Positions 23,101 to 32,353 are shown, counted from the first letter of the stretch. The stretch: DNA of 64,000 bases from Candidatus Cloacimonadales bacterium (GCA_963674825.1 OY771587.1:3744001-3808000); one strand, 5' to 3'. Notes: a model not told the origin generated them from the letters alone. Made by a program: numbers and translations.

Positions 23101-23366
23101 TCGCTGGCCGTTGATGCGTCAATCAAAGGACTTATTAGAAACTGCTCACCTTCCGAAACCGGATAATATGTAAAGCTCACTTCTGGTGCGATTCCATCGG
23201 CATAGTTCGAGTTAGAAATCCCCCAATTCTCACCATTGTTCATACCGCTGCGCGTCCAGCCTTCGGGTGGAAAGGTTCCAGAGAAATCTTCATCGAGAAG
23301 ATTGACAGCACCAAGGCAAGTCGCAATCAGAAATAGAACAACATAAACACCGCATTTTTTCATCAT
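20163..23366 (-). CDS. Secreted right-handed beta-helix repeat protein with an internal tandem duplication
   Basis: Signal peptide; N-terminal FPPEGW...LISPLID adhesin-like domain; two VSGTW...IEPGV...GGA...SPLIDAGxP...YYDQ units; C-terminus ends RLFYRVVV. Confidence 0.82.
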   Translation of the reverse strand: MMKKCGVYVVLFLIATCLGAVNLLDEDFSGTFPPEGWTRSGMNNGENWGISNSNYADGIAPEVSFTYYPVSEGEQFLISPLIDASTASDVNLSFYYAVDHYSSALPYTVGVMVYGADEEWTTIWSITPTEDISAEQEMMCIDDSMARTGNLQIAFFFEGNSNAINYFYLDNVELTAEVGIVSGTWETGQTYHINSDLTIPDGETLTIEPGVTIYYHGEYNFNVEGSINACGTTESPITFAPVNPGISTGHIALVGSGADGSYFDGCHFSGVSVDEGDGPDYYGGAVMMNEVQDVLFTDCVFESNIGGNGGGAIAMFASSATISNCRFQNNMTYENGGAIYLFESNLEMDHCLLEGGSAHYGGAVYMSDANSATLDHCTISNNVSSFDNADFNIQNSSGHTTNLTFTNSVWWDSSTYLTMCNAYTLVLNVYYCDLQNVSAYAGSGYSTDQFQNISADPLWDGEYNPTWSSYPAHDEYRSPLIDAGNPDETDPDGTVTDLGWKYYDQGLHISGEVSGTWSIANSPYLIGGDITVPDNEILVIEPGVVVQYDGPWVFAVYGAIQANGTEDNPIIFEPSFEGIDTGHFLITTPQEGGTYFHWCEFRDHQIPQTWSYDRHGGAMYLYFTQDIEVENCTFINNYSPLTGGAVSMRQSTATFHGCRFIDNVTDGDGGNIYGYNGTLDIDHCLFSGGIAPDGPILYYYLGGEINIDHCSFTGNTSTVHEGDISCYSYGGNLLNVAITNSVWWGNSDCLLRAGGSGTTNFSATYCDLEYPECIEGSAYTSSLSDNIVLDPLWDENCVPTWVSCPDDNELKSPLIDAGDPQFTRDLDGSITDIGYVYYDQSLPIIAHVHDVPGDQGRSVQIFWRRSEHDSQYDFDNFYAIWRLDDLVRTDSDIILDSPDQVREYDVNTRQRMLLRYDDTYWAFVVAVPALTNHYYVYNAPTLADSSSVGQNDTTFMIVLYTEEGTWASNSMSGYSVDNIVPDAVRSVDIESSGQNVTLAWQPVSTGSLHGNSYPEINGIWYRVFAATDPNFVCDESTYRFTTQNSSIQLPVNSQQRLFYRVVVSDQP

Positions 23367-23587
23367 CTTCACCTCTCAATTGCTCCACGATTTGCAATCA
23401 ACGATCCTTTTGATCACCGCAAGAATCTTGATTTTGACAAATACGAATTCGAAAGATGTCAATTCAGTAAAGAAAAAAAATGCAAAAATCTTAAGTCCCA
23501 ACGCAAAGATATTATCTATCAATAAGTTGTAAAAAACTTATCGCAATTGCTAAATATATTCGTCTGCTCTGCCGGGACACTCACATA

Positions 23588-24187
23588 TCACTGGTGAATA
23601 TGAATCCACACAAGTAAACTAATCAGCGTTAGAATCGACAGTGCAAAGGTGCTGTATTCGCGATTTGATGCCCAGAGCTTCACGGACCAATCGGCTTGGA
23701 TATCATCCCGGCTCAGCTTTTTTGGGAAAAACGCGCCAACGCGCTCTGTATATTGATCCCACTCTTCCTGATGGCGATTTCGCATGTTGATCTCTTCATT
23801 GCGTATCGTCACTGGATATATAAAGATAGCAATCGCGATAAACCCGAGCCAGTACCAGGGATCGTTGAGGAAAAATCCAAATCCGATCGCAACCAGCCCT
23901 GAACCAAAATACAGAGGATTCCTGCAGAGCGAATACGGTCCGGTGCAGGTGACGGTCTTTTTCTTATGCAATACACCTGCAGCCCACGAGCGTATAAGGG
24001 CTCCAGTCAGGATTAGAATCGAGCCGACCAAATAGAATAACGTTGCATGCTCCTGCGATAGAAATCGCGGGATCCCATAAACAGCGAATTCGATAGCACA
24101 CACCAATGCGATCGCCCGTGTGATCCAAAGCCTGTATTTTGCAGTAAAGTCATAGATTCTCTTCGATTTCATGAACACTCCAGCCAC
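23588..24187 (-). CDS. Isoprenylcysteine carboxyl methyltransferase/PEMT-family membrane protein
   Basis: TGPYSLCRNPLYFG and IRNEE motifs; transmembrane segments. Confidence 0.85.
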   Translation of the reverse strand: MAGVFMKSKRIYDFTAKYRLWITRAIALVCAIEFAVYGIPRFLSQEHATLFYLVGSILILTGALIRSWAAGVLHKKKTVTCTGPYSLCRNPLYFGSGLVAIGFGFFLNDPWYWLGFIAIAIFIYPVTIRNEEINMRNRHQEEWDQYTERVGAFFPKKLSRDDIQADWSVKLWASNREYSTFALSILTLISLLVWIHIHQ

Positions 24188-24396
24188 ATAAATTTAGCGA
24201 ACCATCTTCCTGTGCCCTGCAAAATAAGTAAAATTATTTTTGCATCTATTTGAATAAAGAATTTTCCGCTTAAGTTGTTCGTTTTTCGACAGTTAAACAT
24301 GATGACCGATACTCTGGCTAGGTTGTGCTTGACAGCCAGTATTCACAAGAACTTAGTTGATATTGTAATAGCTAATAATGAATTTTGTGAGGGATC

Positions 24397-25002
24397 ATGG
24401 CAAAGAAAATACTGCTTTCAATCTTATGCCTGCTTGTCGCAGCAATTATTTACAAACTGATCGCAGCCTACATCGATCAGAGAAGAGAAATCAGTTTCAA
24501 CAAAGATATCCCGAAGACGATCCGGCTGTGGTCTGATGATTTCAAGCATAACAATACAATGCCGACAGAATGTACCGGTTTGGGCAAGAACGTCTCCCCT
24601 TCTCTGCACTGGGATAATCTGCCTGAAGGAACACAATCCCTGGCGATTGTCGCAGTTGATTACGACGCACCGTCACCCCTCTTCAGAATCCTGACAATTG
24701 ACCACTGGGTTGTATTCAACATCCCGTCGGAGCTTTCGCATCTCGACAAAGCTATGAACAGTGAAAAGCTTACCGCGAACAGAATCAGCCTTGGGAAGAA
24801 TATCACCGGCGGTACAAGATATACCGGCCCAAACCCACCATTCGGAACTCACCGCTACTTTTTCAGGATCTATGCGCTCTCCGTACCCAGGCTGGACTTG
24901 ATTGAACCGACAAAGGCAGAGCTCATGAAAGAAATGGAAGGCAAGATCCTGGCGTACGGCGAACTGATCGGAACCTACAAGAAAACCGATGTTCAGCAAT
25001 AA
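24397..25002 (+). CDS. YbhB/YbcL (PEBP, Raf kinase inhibitor-like) protein
   Basis: SPSLHW, DYDAP, HWVVFNIP and YTGPNPPFGTHRYFF motifs. Confidence 0.9.
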   Translation: MAKKILLSILCLLVAAIIYKLIAAYIDQRREISFNKDIPKTIRLWSDDFKHNNTMPTECTGLGKNVSPSLHWDNLPEGTQSLAIVAVDYDAPSPLFRILTIDHWVVFNIPSELSHLDKAMNSEKLTANRISLGKNITGGTRYTGPNPPFGTHRYFFRIYALSVPRLDLIEPTKAELMKEMEGKILAYGELIGTYKKTDVQQ

Positions 25003-25023
25003 ATAAATCGGCAGGAACAACGT

Positions 25024-25698
25024 ATGTATTGCAACATATCGACGGATAACGAACGAATAATCTACCAAATGACCGACACTAGTGGAATCAGCGAGAACCA
25101 GCTGAAAGAAATGTTGTATACATTCACCGGGACTTGCTGGGAGAAGTCGCTGACTCTCTCATCGCTTATGTACGATCATGATCTTGATGTCCTGCAGAAG
25201 AACTACAATCGATTCCTGGAAATGGAAATCAATTCGCGCCGAAGCACTGCCGATTTCGAACAGGCTCTATTGAAGATCATCAACAAACACACCGCGGCTG
25301 AAATACGCTGGTGGCTGACCGGGTCCGCAGCTTTGTACATCAGAGGACTCGACGTAAAGCCTCACGATATCGATGTCATGACATACCTCTCGGAAAAAGA
25401 CAAAATCATCGAGGCTTTCGGAGACAACGTTGTTGAACCGTTTCATTACCCCCAAGGTTGGGTAGTAAAGGGATTTGGCGTTGTCGATCCGGGGTATCGC
25501 ATCGATTACGCATTCGAACCACAAGACTGGGTCGATGATCGAGAGCCCATCGACTTTGGACCCTATGCCGAGCAGCATCTCGAAAAAGTCACATGGAAAG
25601 GAGCTACCGTTATGGTGCCGCCGCTGAAGCTCCATCTCCCCTCCAACATTGCCCGTAACCGGGTTTGCATTGTCGATCAAATCCGAAAACTGCTATAG
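25024..25698 (+). CDS. Nucleotidyltransferase-fold protein
   Basis: WWLTGSAALYIRG...PHDIDV (GS...DxD) motif. Confidence 0.7.
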   Translation: MYCNISTDNERIIYQMTDTSGISENQLKEMLYTFTGTCWEKSLTLSSLMYDHDLDVLQKNYNRFLEMEINSRRSTADFEQALLKIINKHTAAEIRWWLTGSAALYIRGLDVKPHDIDVMTYLSEKDKIIEAFGDNVVEPFHYPQGWVVKGFGVVDPGYRIDYAFEPQDWVDDREPIDFGPYAEQHLEKVTWKGATVMVPPLKLHLPSNIARNRVCIVDQIRKLL

Positions 25699-25913
25699 CA
25701 ATGGCTTTCCCTCCAAAAACACCCGTTTGGCAGAACGGACGTTCGCACACTCAGGCGAGATTATCAGGGTTTGTGACGAATCGAATGAAACCGATTGGCG
25801 ATTACGAGGGCAGGTTTCGCTTAAGTACCTACTTGAATATCTCATATCAGGTTGCATAACAGCTTTCCAAAACCCCCGAATGGATTATATTATTTAGAAA
25901 ACTGGGGAGCAGT

Positions 25914-26606
25914 ATGAGCGCAATAAAATTGCCGAAAAATCCAGTCACACGAGAACTGCTATCGCAAGATATTCTCAATGAATGGCAGAGTTTGTTAGAT
26001 GAAACCGCAGATATTCTCGGCGTTCCGGCTGGATTGATAACCCGCGTCGATGGGAACGAAATCGAGATACTTCTATCAAGTCACACAGAAGGCAACCCGT
26101 ATCCGGCCGACTTCATTTCGCAATATCCCGGTTCCGGCTGGTATTGTGAGTACACGTTAAAAAGCCGGGCAGTCAACCTGATTCCCAATGCGCTGAGAGA
26201 ACAAGCCTGGAAAGATAATGAGGCCGCGGTCAAGCTTGGAATCATCAGCTATGCGGGTATGCCGATTCAACGTCCGGATGGTGGAACTTTCGGAACCGTA
26301 TGCTTTCTGGACAACAAGAGCAATGCACACAATGATCTGCATCTCGTCATCATCAAGCAAGTCAAGCGGATGATCGAGCTTTCTCTTCGTGTTGTGATGG
26401 CGAATGCAGAAGTGAAGAAGTGTGATCGTTTCCTCGATGACCTATCAAAAATATACCCTATTTGCAGCTATTGTAAAAAAGTTCGGGAAGACAGCGGTGA
26501 GTGGGTTTCTGTGGAGAAATACGTCAACGATATCTCTGGCGCTAAACCTACGCATTCCATTTGCCCCGATTGCCTAGAGCGAGAACTCAGTAAGTTCGAG
26601 GAATAA
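25914..26606 (+). CDS. GAF-domain protein with C-terminal Cys/His Zn-ribbon-like tail
   Basis: SYAGMPIQRPDGGTFGTVCFLD GAF motif; PICSYCKKVR...HSICPDC tail. Confidence 0.85.
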   Translation: MSAIKLPKNPVTRELLSQDILNEWQSLLDETADILGVPAGLITRVDGNEIEILLSSHTEGNPYPADFISQYPGSGWYCEYTLKSRAVNLIPNALREQAWKDNEAAVKLGIISYAGMPIQRPDGGTFGTVCFLDNKSNAHNDLHLVIIKQVKRMIELSLRVVMANAEVKKCDRFLDDLSKIYPICSYCKKVREDSGEWVSVEKYVNDISGAKPTHSICPDCLERELSKFEE

Positions 26607-26727
26607 GGTGTGAAACACCACTATTTCGTAGGGAATCAAACGAATCTGCTCCCGTGAGACTCCTAAGATTTCTTCGCTGAACTGCAAGAAAAAACGGCAT
26701 AAATGACGCCCTTTTGACACAACACCC

Positions 26728-26886
26728 GAATCGAAGGAAATCAACCAGTCTGCTCATCTCGGGGCAGGCTTTTTCCTGCTCATAAACACCCACATCGATG
26801 CTACGAAAAGTGATGCTTTTTGCCAAAAAGGGTGAGACTGCACACCAAATCGCGTGTCACTTCACAACCTGTCCTCTATGAAACGG
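26728..26886 (+). repeat. Conserved intergenic unit, copy A (terminator-like hairpin + CCAAATCGCGTGTCACTTCACA)
   Basis: Aligns by eye with 37726-37862; 26845-26866 is identical (22/22) to 31062-31083. Confidence 0.8.
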
Positions 26887-27114
26887 TATCACGAGTTGAT
26901 TTGATACGTGAATTGGGTCTGAAGCGAAGTTTCAGAAACTTCGACGACGCGCTGTGATGCGTGGAAGAGGCGGTTTCGTCTGCAAGCGCCAGCTATTAGG
27001 GCTTAACTCGATGTTCTGAACCATTATTCATTTGGAACGGAAAATGTAACAGTTTCACTGCAAGGACGAGTAACAAGGTTATTGGTTTTCACCCTAAAAA
27101 AAAGGAGGTTCGCA

Positions 27115-30100
27115 ATGTTGTTATTCGGAAAGAACTCCGCAAGCCCCGTAAAATTATCCGTGCTCCTGTTAATCCTACTCATCGCAACCGCCTGCTTCGG
27201 AAACGAAGTCCCAAGCTTCTTTCCTGGCACGTTGACCGTGAAACTCACCGAGGACTTCGAGCTCCTCTGTCGACAGGAGGGCAGCGTGCGCTTCGGCGCG
27301 GAGAGCCTCGACGCGCTGGCCGAGCAGTTTGGCGCAAGCGCGCTGGAGAAGCGATTCCGCTACAACGAGAGAATGGCGACGCGCGCCGGTGCGGACGGTC
27401 TCGCCCGTATCTACCGGCTGACGCTCGACGAGTCGGCGGACATACTGGCTGCTGCGCGTGCGTTTTCTGCCGATCCGCATGTGGAGTACGCGGAGCCCAT
27501 TTACATCATGTATGAATACGACACGCCCAACGACACCTATTACGCAGACGCCCACCAACTCACCCAGATCTACGCGTCTCAAGCGTGGGACGTGCATCAT
27601 GGCGAGGACGGCACTGAGGTGGTCATCGGCATGTGCGATAGCGGCATCGACTGGACGCACAACGACCTTGTCGACAACCTGTTCCAGAATCTGGGCGAGG
27701 ACGCCGATCACGACGGGCATGTCATCGAGTTCATCAACGGCGAATGGGTGTTCGATCCAGGCGACGTAAACAACGTTGACGATGACGACAACGGATACGC
27801 CGACGACTTCGTAGGCTGGAATTTCCACAACGACGACGGCTCGCCGATCAACGATCCCAACGGCTCGATGACCAATGTGCACGGCACGCTTTCGACAGGA
27901 ATGGCCGCCGCGCGCACCAATAACAATCTCGGCGTCGCCAGCGTCTCGTGGAACGTGAAGTTCTACCCGACGAAGCACGGCATGAACTACATCACATGGC
28001 CCCCCGGCATCATCTACGACGCATTTGACGGCATCATATATCTTGCCGAGATGGGCTGCGACATCATCAACTGCAGTTGGGGCGGCGACGGTTATTCGTA
28101 CGCCAATCAGGAAGCGCTGGCCTACGCCCGTAACTTGGGTGCCATCATCGTGGCGGCGGCAGGCAACGCATCGTCCGAATCCCCACTCTTCTACCCGGCG
28201 AGCTACCCTGAAGTCATCAGCGTCGCAGCAGTCATTCCCGGTGATCTCGCAACAATCTACACCAACTACGGCATCGGCATCGATGTCTGCGCGCCGGGCG
28301 GCACCTACAGCGGCGCTCGCATCCAGAGCACCAGCTTTGGCAACGAATACGGGTTTTGCTCGGGCACGTCCTTCGCCAGCCCCATCGTGTCCGGCTTACT
28401 AGCGCTACTGAAGTCATACCACCCCGACTGGACCAACGATCAGCTCATCACCCAGGTGCTGGGCACGTGCGACGACATCGACAGCAACAACCCGGATTAC
28501 GAGAACAAGCTCGGTTGCGGGCGCATCAACGCCTATCGCGCTTTGACGGAAACGAACGTCACCATTCCGCAGGAGCTTCGCCTCGAACTGGTCGGCTGGC
28601 TGCCCATCGACGACAGCGACGGCGATAATATGCTCGAACCTGGAGATGCGGCCAGCATCGGTCTGGTTTTGCGCAACTATGCCCACTACGTCAGCTCCGA
28701 CAACGTGACACTGACGCTGAGCGTGAACAACAGCGACGTGACAGTGACCAATGCCTCCAGTACCGTCTCCATCCCCGCCGACTGTGACGACATCGTGTTC
28801 GAGGATCTGTTCACCATCCAGGTGGCTGCCAGCGCCGAGCCGCAGACAATCGATCTGACCGTGCAGGTCGCCGCCGACATCGATATCACCTACGGGCAGT
28901 CGTTCACACTGCAGCAATACATTTCCCCCAGCGGCGTGCTGATATGGGACGGCGGTGTCAACGATCAGAACAACATGCATTTCAGCGGCGATTTCATCTA
29001 CCAGTACCTGCAGGCGAACAATATCGACTGCGCCATCGCCACCGAATTCCCTTCCTCGCTGGTCGGTTTTGACGCCGTGTTCTTGAGCTTTGGCAATTAC
29101 GGCGAAGCGGGAAGCTTCGATTATCCGTTCCTCAGCCGCGAGGCGAGGACTGTGACTGAGTATCTCGAAGCCGGCGGTAAGCTCTATCTCGAGGGCGGCA
29201 GCGCGCTGGGGTTCTACAACGGCGACAATGCGGAGCTGCTCGATCTTCTGGGACTCTCTGTCATCGACAGCGGTGATTACGAAGACTACTTCGACGCGCT
29301 TGTGGGACAGGACGGAACCCTCGGCGAGGATCTTGTCTTCGACAGATCGACGCAATTCCCGCGTTTCTTCCTCGATCGCTTCGCGGCGTCCGGCTCAGGG
29401 CAGGTGGTGTTCACTGCTCGCGACTACGGCGACGTGGCCGTGCAGAACACCGGCTCCAACGGCCAGAAGACCTTCTGCTCGTCCTATTCGCTGGCAGGAT
29501 TGCACGGTGACGCAAACTTCAATCGCCGCGAGATGCTGCTGGCGAGGATTTTGCAGTTCTTCGGCTTCCCTGTCATGGAGCCAGGATTCAAACTCGTCTA
29601 TCCAGACGACTTCGCGCCGCACGCGCCCATCGAACTCACCGTCCTGGACAAGACCGTGACTTCCTCGGCAATCACAAGCTGGGCGTGGGACTTTGACAAC
29701 GATGGAACCACCGACGCCACCGTGCAAAACCCCAACTACACGTTCGACACCCCTGGCTGGCAAACGACCACGCTCACCGTCTCAGACGGGGCAAACACCT
29801 GCTCGCTGACCGCCGAGAACTATCTCCATCTGTTCAACGGTGACAGCGCACTCGAATTCTCGAATACTACTGCGCATGCAGGCGTTGCCACCATCGCCGC
29901 AGAGGATGCCCCGGAACTTGACGGCGCGTTCACGCTCGAAGTGTGGATCAAACCTAACGAGTATGGAACCGAGACCATTGTGGACAATCCACCGGGGTGT
30001 CTCATTGTCGACAAGGGTGCCGTGAAAATGTGGCCGAACGAAAACTATCAGGGCATGCAGGAACACTGTTTGGCGATCATGTCTGAGCATGCGAATGGCG

Positions 30101-30855
30101 CTTGCGTCACACTTACGCCCAGTAACTCGATTCTGCTCGGAGAATGGACGCACGTGGCTGTGACCTACGACGGACAGAGCGCTTTTACGGTGTATCTCAA
30201 CGGTCAGGCGCAGGAGCTCACGCAGTCCGCAACGCCTTCCGGCGCGCTGGTTGACAACAGCGGCAGCGACTTTGTCATCGGCAACACCTGCGAACCCGAC
30301 AGCATGATGATTGTTCCCAGTTACTCGGGAGCTATAGACGAGCTGCGCGTGTGGAACGATGTCCGCACAGCCAGTGAAGTACAGCAGAACATGAGCCACG
30401 CGCTTACCGGCAGCGAAGACGATCTCGCCGGATACTGGAACATGAACGAAGCCATCGGTGACGAGATTCTGGACCGCACGAGCAACGCGGCGATCGGCGT
30501 GCTGCATTACGTCGCCTGGACAGACGGCGCTATCGATCCGCCGGTGGCTGTCGATGAACACGATATCGCCCCGCAGGTCACGCGCTTGCGACAGAATGTC
30601 CCCAACCCGTTTAATCCCCAGACCACCATCCGCTTCTCGTTGCGCGAGAACGCCAGCGCCGTCGCCCTCGACGTGTACAACGTAAGAGGCCAGAAGGTGC
30701 GTACGCTGGTGCGCGGCGCGCTTGAATCCGGCGAGCACAGCGTGGTGTGGCGCGGCGACGACGACAACGGAGCGCCGGTGTCGTCGGGCGTCTACTTCTA
30801 CCGGCTGCAGGCCGGCGACAAGGTGGAAGCGAAGAAGATGCTGCTGCTGAAGTAG
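27115..30855 (+). CDS. S8 subtilisin-like serine protease with PKD, LamG and FlgD-Ig/T9SS-type CTD
   Basis: Catalytic triad CDSGID / HGT / SGTSFASP; prodomain VEYAEP; PKD WAWDFDNDG; LamG WTHVAVTYDG; ends KKMLLLK; AGGAGG RBS. Confidence 0.93.
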   Translation: MLLFGKNSASPVKLSVLLLILLIATACFGNEVPSFFPGTLTVKLTEDFELLCRQEGSVRFGAESLDALAEQFGASALEKRFRYNERMATRAGADGLARIYRLTLDESADILAAARAFSADPHVEYAEPIYIMYEYDTPNDTYYADAHQLTQIYASQAWDVHHGEDGTEVVIGMCDSGIDWTHNDLVDNLFQNLGEDADHDGHVIEFINGEWVFDPGDVNNVDDDDNGYADDFVGWNFHNDDGSPINDPNGSMTNVHGTLSTGMAAARTNNNLGVASVSWNVKFYPTKHGMNYITWPPGIIYDAFDGIIYLAEMGCDIINCSWGGDGYSYANQEALAYARNLGAIIVAAAGNASSESPLFYPASYPEVISVAAVIPGDLATIYTNYGIGIDVCAPGGTYSGARIQSTSFGNEYGFCSGTSFASPIVSGLLALLKSYHPDWTNDQLITQVLGTCDDIDSNNPDYENKLGCGRINAYRALTETNVTIPQELRLELVGWLPIDDSDGDNMLEPGDAASIGLVLRNYAHYVSSDNVTLTLSVNNSDVTVTNASSTVSIPADCDDIVFEDLFTIQVAASAEPQTIDLTVQVAADIDITYGQSFTLQQYISPSGVLIWDGGVNDQNNMHFSGDFIYQYLQANNIDCAIATEFPSSLVGFDAVFLSFGNYGEAGSFDYPFLSREARTVTEYLEAGGKLYLEGGSALGFYNGDNAELLDLLGLSVIDSGDYEDYFDALVGQDGTLGEDLVFDRSTQFPRFFLDRFAASGSGQVVFTARDYGDVAVQNTGSNGQKTFCSSYSLAGLHGDANFNRREMLLARILQFFGFPVMEPGFKLVYPDDFAPHAPIELTVLDKTVTSSAITSWAWDFDNDGTTDATVQNPNYTFDTPGWQTTTLTVSDGANTCSLTAENYLHLFNGDSALEFSNTTAHAGVATIAAEDAPELDGAFTLEVWIKPNEYGTETIVDNPPGCLIVDKGAVKMWPNENYQGMQEHCLAIMSEHANGACVTLTPSNSILLGEWTHVAVTYDGQSAFTVYLNGQAQELTQSATPSGALVDNSGSDFVIGNTCEPDSMMIVPSYSGAIDELRVWNDVRTASEVQQNMSHALTGSEDDLAGYWNMNEAIGDEILDRTSNAAIGVLHYVAWTDGAIDPPVAVDEHDIAPQVTRLRQNVPNPFNPQTTIRFSLRENASAVALDVYNVRGQKVRTLVRGALESGEHSVVWRGDDDNGAPVSSGVYFYRLQAGDKVEAKKMLLLK

Positions 30856-30875
30856 CCCCTTACGAAAGAGTTCAC

Positions 30876-30905
30876 AGCCTGTTCCCAGCCCGGGGACAGG
30901 CTTTT
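30876..30905 (+). terminator. Rho-independent terminator
   Basis: AGCCTGTTCCC...GGGGACAGGCT-TTT directly after the S8 gene. Confidence 0.8.
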
Positions 30906-31036
30906 CTCGTGATTCGCCAGACAGGCTTTGGCGAGAACCATGGCGGTGCGTAGCAAGCCCTGCATGACATCAACCAGGCAAAGCTCCAATTTGTTCAGGC
31001 TGTTTGCTGACCAAACAAACCGGGACCGTTTCTTGA

Positions 31037-31118
31037 TTTGCCACGTTTTTGTCACTTTTTGCCAAATCGCGTGTCACTTCACACACACCCTTATTAAATG
31101 ACACCCCCTTGGCAGAAG
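31037..31118 (+). repeat. Conserved intergenic unit, copy B; putative transposon end or end-junction
   Basis: Four TGYCA boxes ending in ...CACTTCACA, then the inverted arm TGACACCCCCTTGGCAGAAG. 31053-31081 matches 37810-37838 at 28/29. Confidence 0.75.
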
Positions 31119-31310
31119 TTTACAAACGCTCGGTTTTCCACCCAAGCATCGACGGACTTGCGAGATAGGCGTCTGCAAGCGTTTGTAAAGAAATGGCAGA
31201 AACGGTGCGTTTCGTCCCGTTCGGTGCCACCGGTTTGGCACATAGGTTCCACTCGCGCAGCCGTGTTAAGCCGTTATTTCCGTGGAGATTCGCGCAAGCT
31301 CATGGGATAT

Positions 31311-31395
31311 CGTCTGTAAAGCGACTGTAAAAGGGGCGTCTGTAAACGTGTGTAAAGGGCGTTTGTAAAAGAGCGACTGTAAAACGTTTGTAAAA
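31311..31395 (+). repeat. Seven clustered CGWBTGTAAA decamers
   Basis: CGTCTGTAAA, CGACTGTAAA, CGTCTGTAAA, CGTGTGTAAA, CGTTTGTAAA, CGACTGTAAA, CGTTTGTAAA. Confidence 0.88.
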
Positions 31396-31466
31396 CGCAA
31401 TGAAAAAGGCGAGCGTCAAACGACCGGGTGAAACGAACCCGATCGAACCGATGCTCGCCAATTCGT

Positions 31467-32210
31467 CTAATAGAGCCTGAACTGAATCACCACCACGCCC
31501 ACGAGGTGAACGTCCATTGGTGAATCCTCGTCGAGCACGATGACGTTGTACTCTCGGTTGAACGGCAGAAGCAGCACCTGCTTCTTGTGAGGCACGAGCT
31601 GCACCTTCTTCAGCGTGATGCCTTCGTCTGTTCTCACCGCGCAGACCTTACCATCGAGACTCATCCAGTCGTAGTTGTAATGGATGACCACGATGTCGCC
31701 GTGATGGATGTTCGGCTCCATGCTGTGACCGTTCACCCGGAAGACGCAGTAGTTCACCGTATCACTCGAAAGGAACACGCGCGGGATTTCGATATACGCG
31801 AGGCTGTCTTTCTTCGCCTTCACGGGAGGCCCCGCCGCAATCTCCGCTTCCACCGGCAGACTCACCGTCCGGCTGAAGTAGTTGTCCGACGGATTATACG
31901 GCCTGCCGTCGATTGTCTTGACCGTGTGCTTGAGCATTTCGAGTCGCTTTTTCCTACCATCCTCGGTCTCGAGTAACGCTTCAGGATACGGATCGATGAA
32001 CATCGAGCCTTGACCAGTGAGCAACCAGTTCATGTTCACGGCATGCATTTCGCAAATACGAACCAGCGCATCAATGGATGGCTTGCTTTTTTTCTTGTCA
32101 GAGAGCCAGTCCGAAAGGTTTCCGGTCGACACGCCGATAGACGACGCAAAATCCATCTTTTTCATTTCTAACGACTTAATTACAGCCGCCAATCTGTCTT
32201 TTACTTCCAT
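31467..32210 (-). CDS. XRE-HTH/S24 peptidase (CI/LexA-like) repressor
   Basis: N-terminal HTH; IAAG cleavage site; VNGHSMEP catalytic Ser; ITLKK catalytic Lys. Confidence 0.92.
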   Translation of the reverse strand: MEVKDRLAAVIKSLEMKKMDFASSIGVSTGNLSDWLSDKKKSKPSIDALVRICEMHAVNMNWLLTGQGSMFIDPYPEALLETEDGRKKRLEMLKHTVKTIDGRPYNPSDNYFSRTVSLPVEAEIAAGPPVKAKKDSLAYIEIPRVFLSSDTVNYCVFRVNGHSMEPNIHHGDIVVIHYNYDWMSLDGKVCAVRTDEGITLKKVQLVPHKKQVLLLPFNREYNVIVLDEDSPMDVHLVGVVVIQFRLY

Positions 32211-32241
32211 GCTTTCTCCTGCAATGACTTACAGTTTATGC

Positions 32242-32323
32242 GAGAAATCTGTTGACATTTCTCACGCAATTCTTCTTTAATGATGCATGAACTCGAAATT
32301 GCACAAACACGAACCGATGTCAA
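32242..32323. promoter_or_regulatory. Putative switch region between the repressor and the transposase operon
   Basis: TTGACA at 32252 with TTTAAT at 32276; inverted repeat GAGAAAT/ATTTCTC around the -35; opposite-strand TTGACA at 32318-32323. Confidence 0.45.
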
Positions 32324-32353
32324 TGGAAAATTTTCAACGGAAGGGAGAACGGA

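Noticed and set aside
27175..30767. Long antisense and alternate-frame ORFs (267, 313 and 318 aa)
   Set aside because: Shadows of the GC-rich S8 gene with no recognisable motifs.
31311..31395. CRISPR array
   Set aside because: The repeats are 10 bp with 0-5 bp gaps, there are no spacers, and no cas genes are present.
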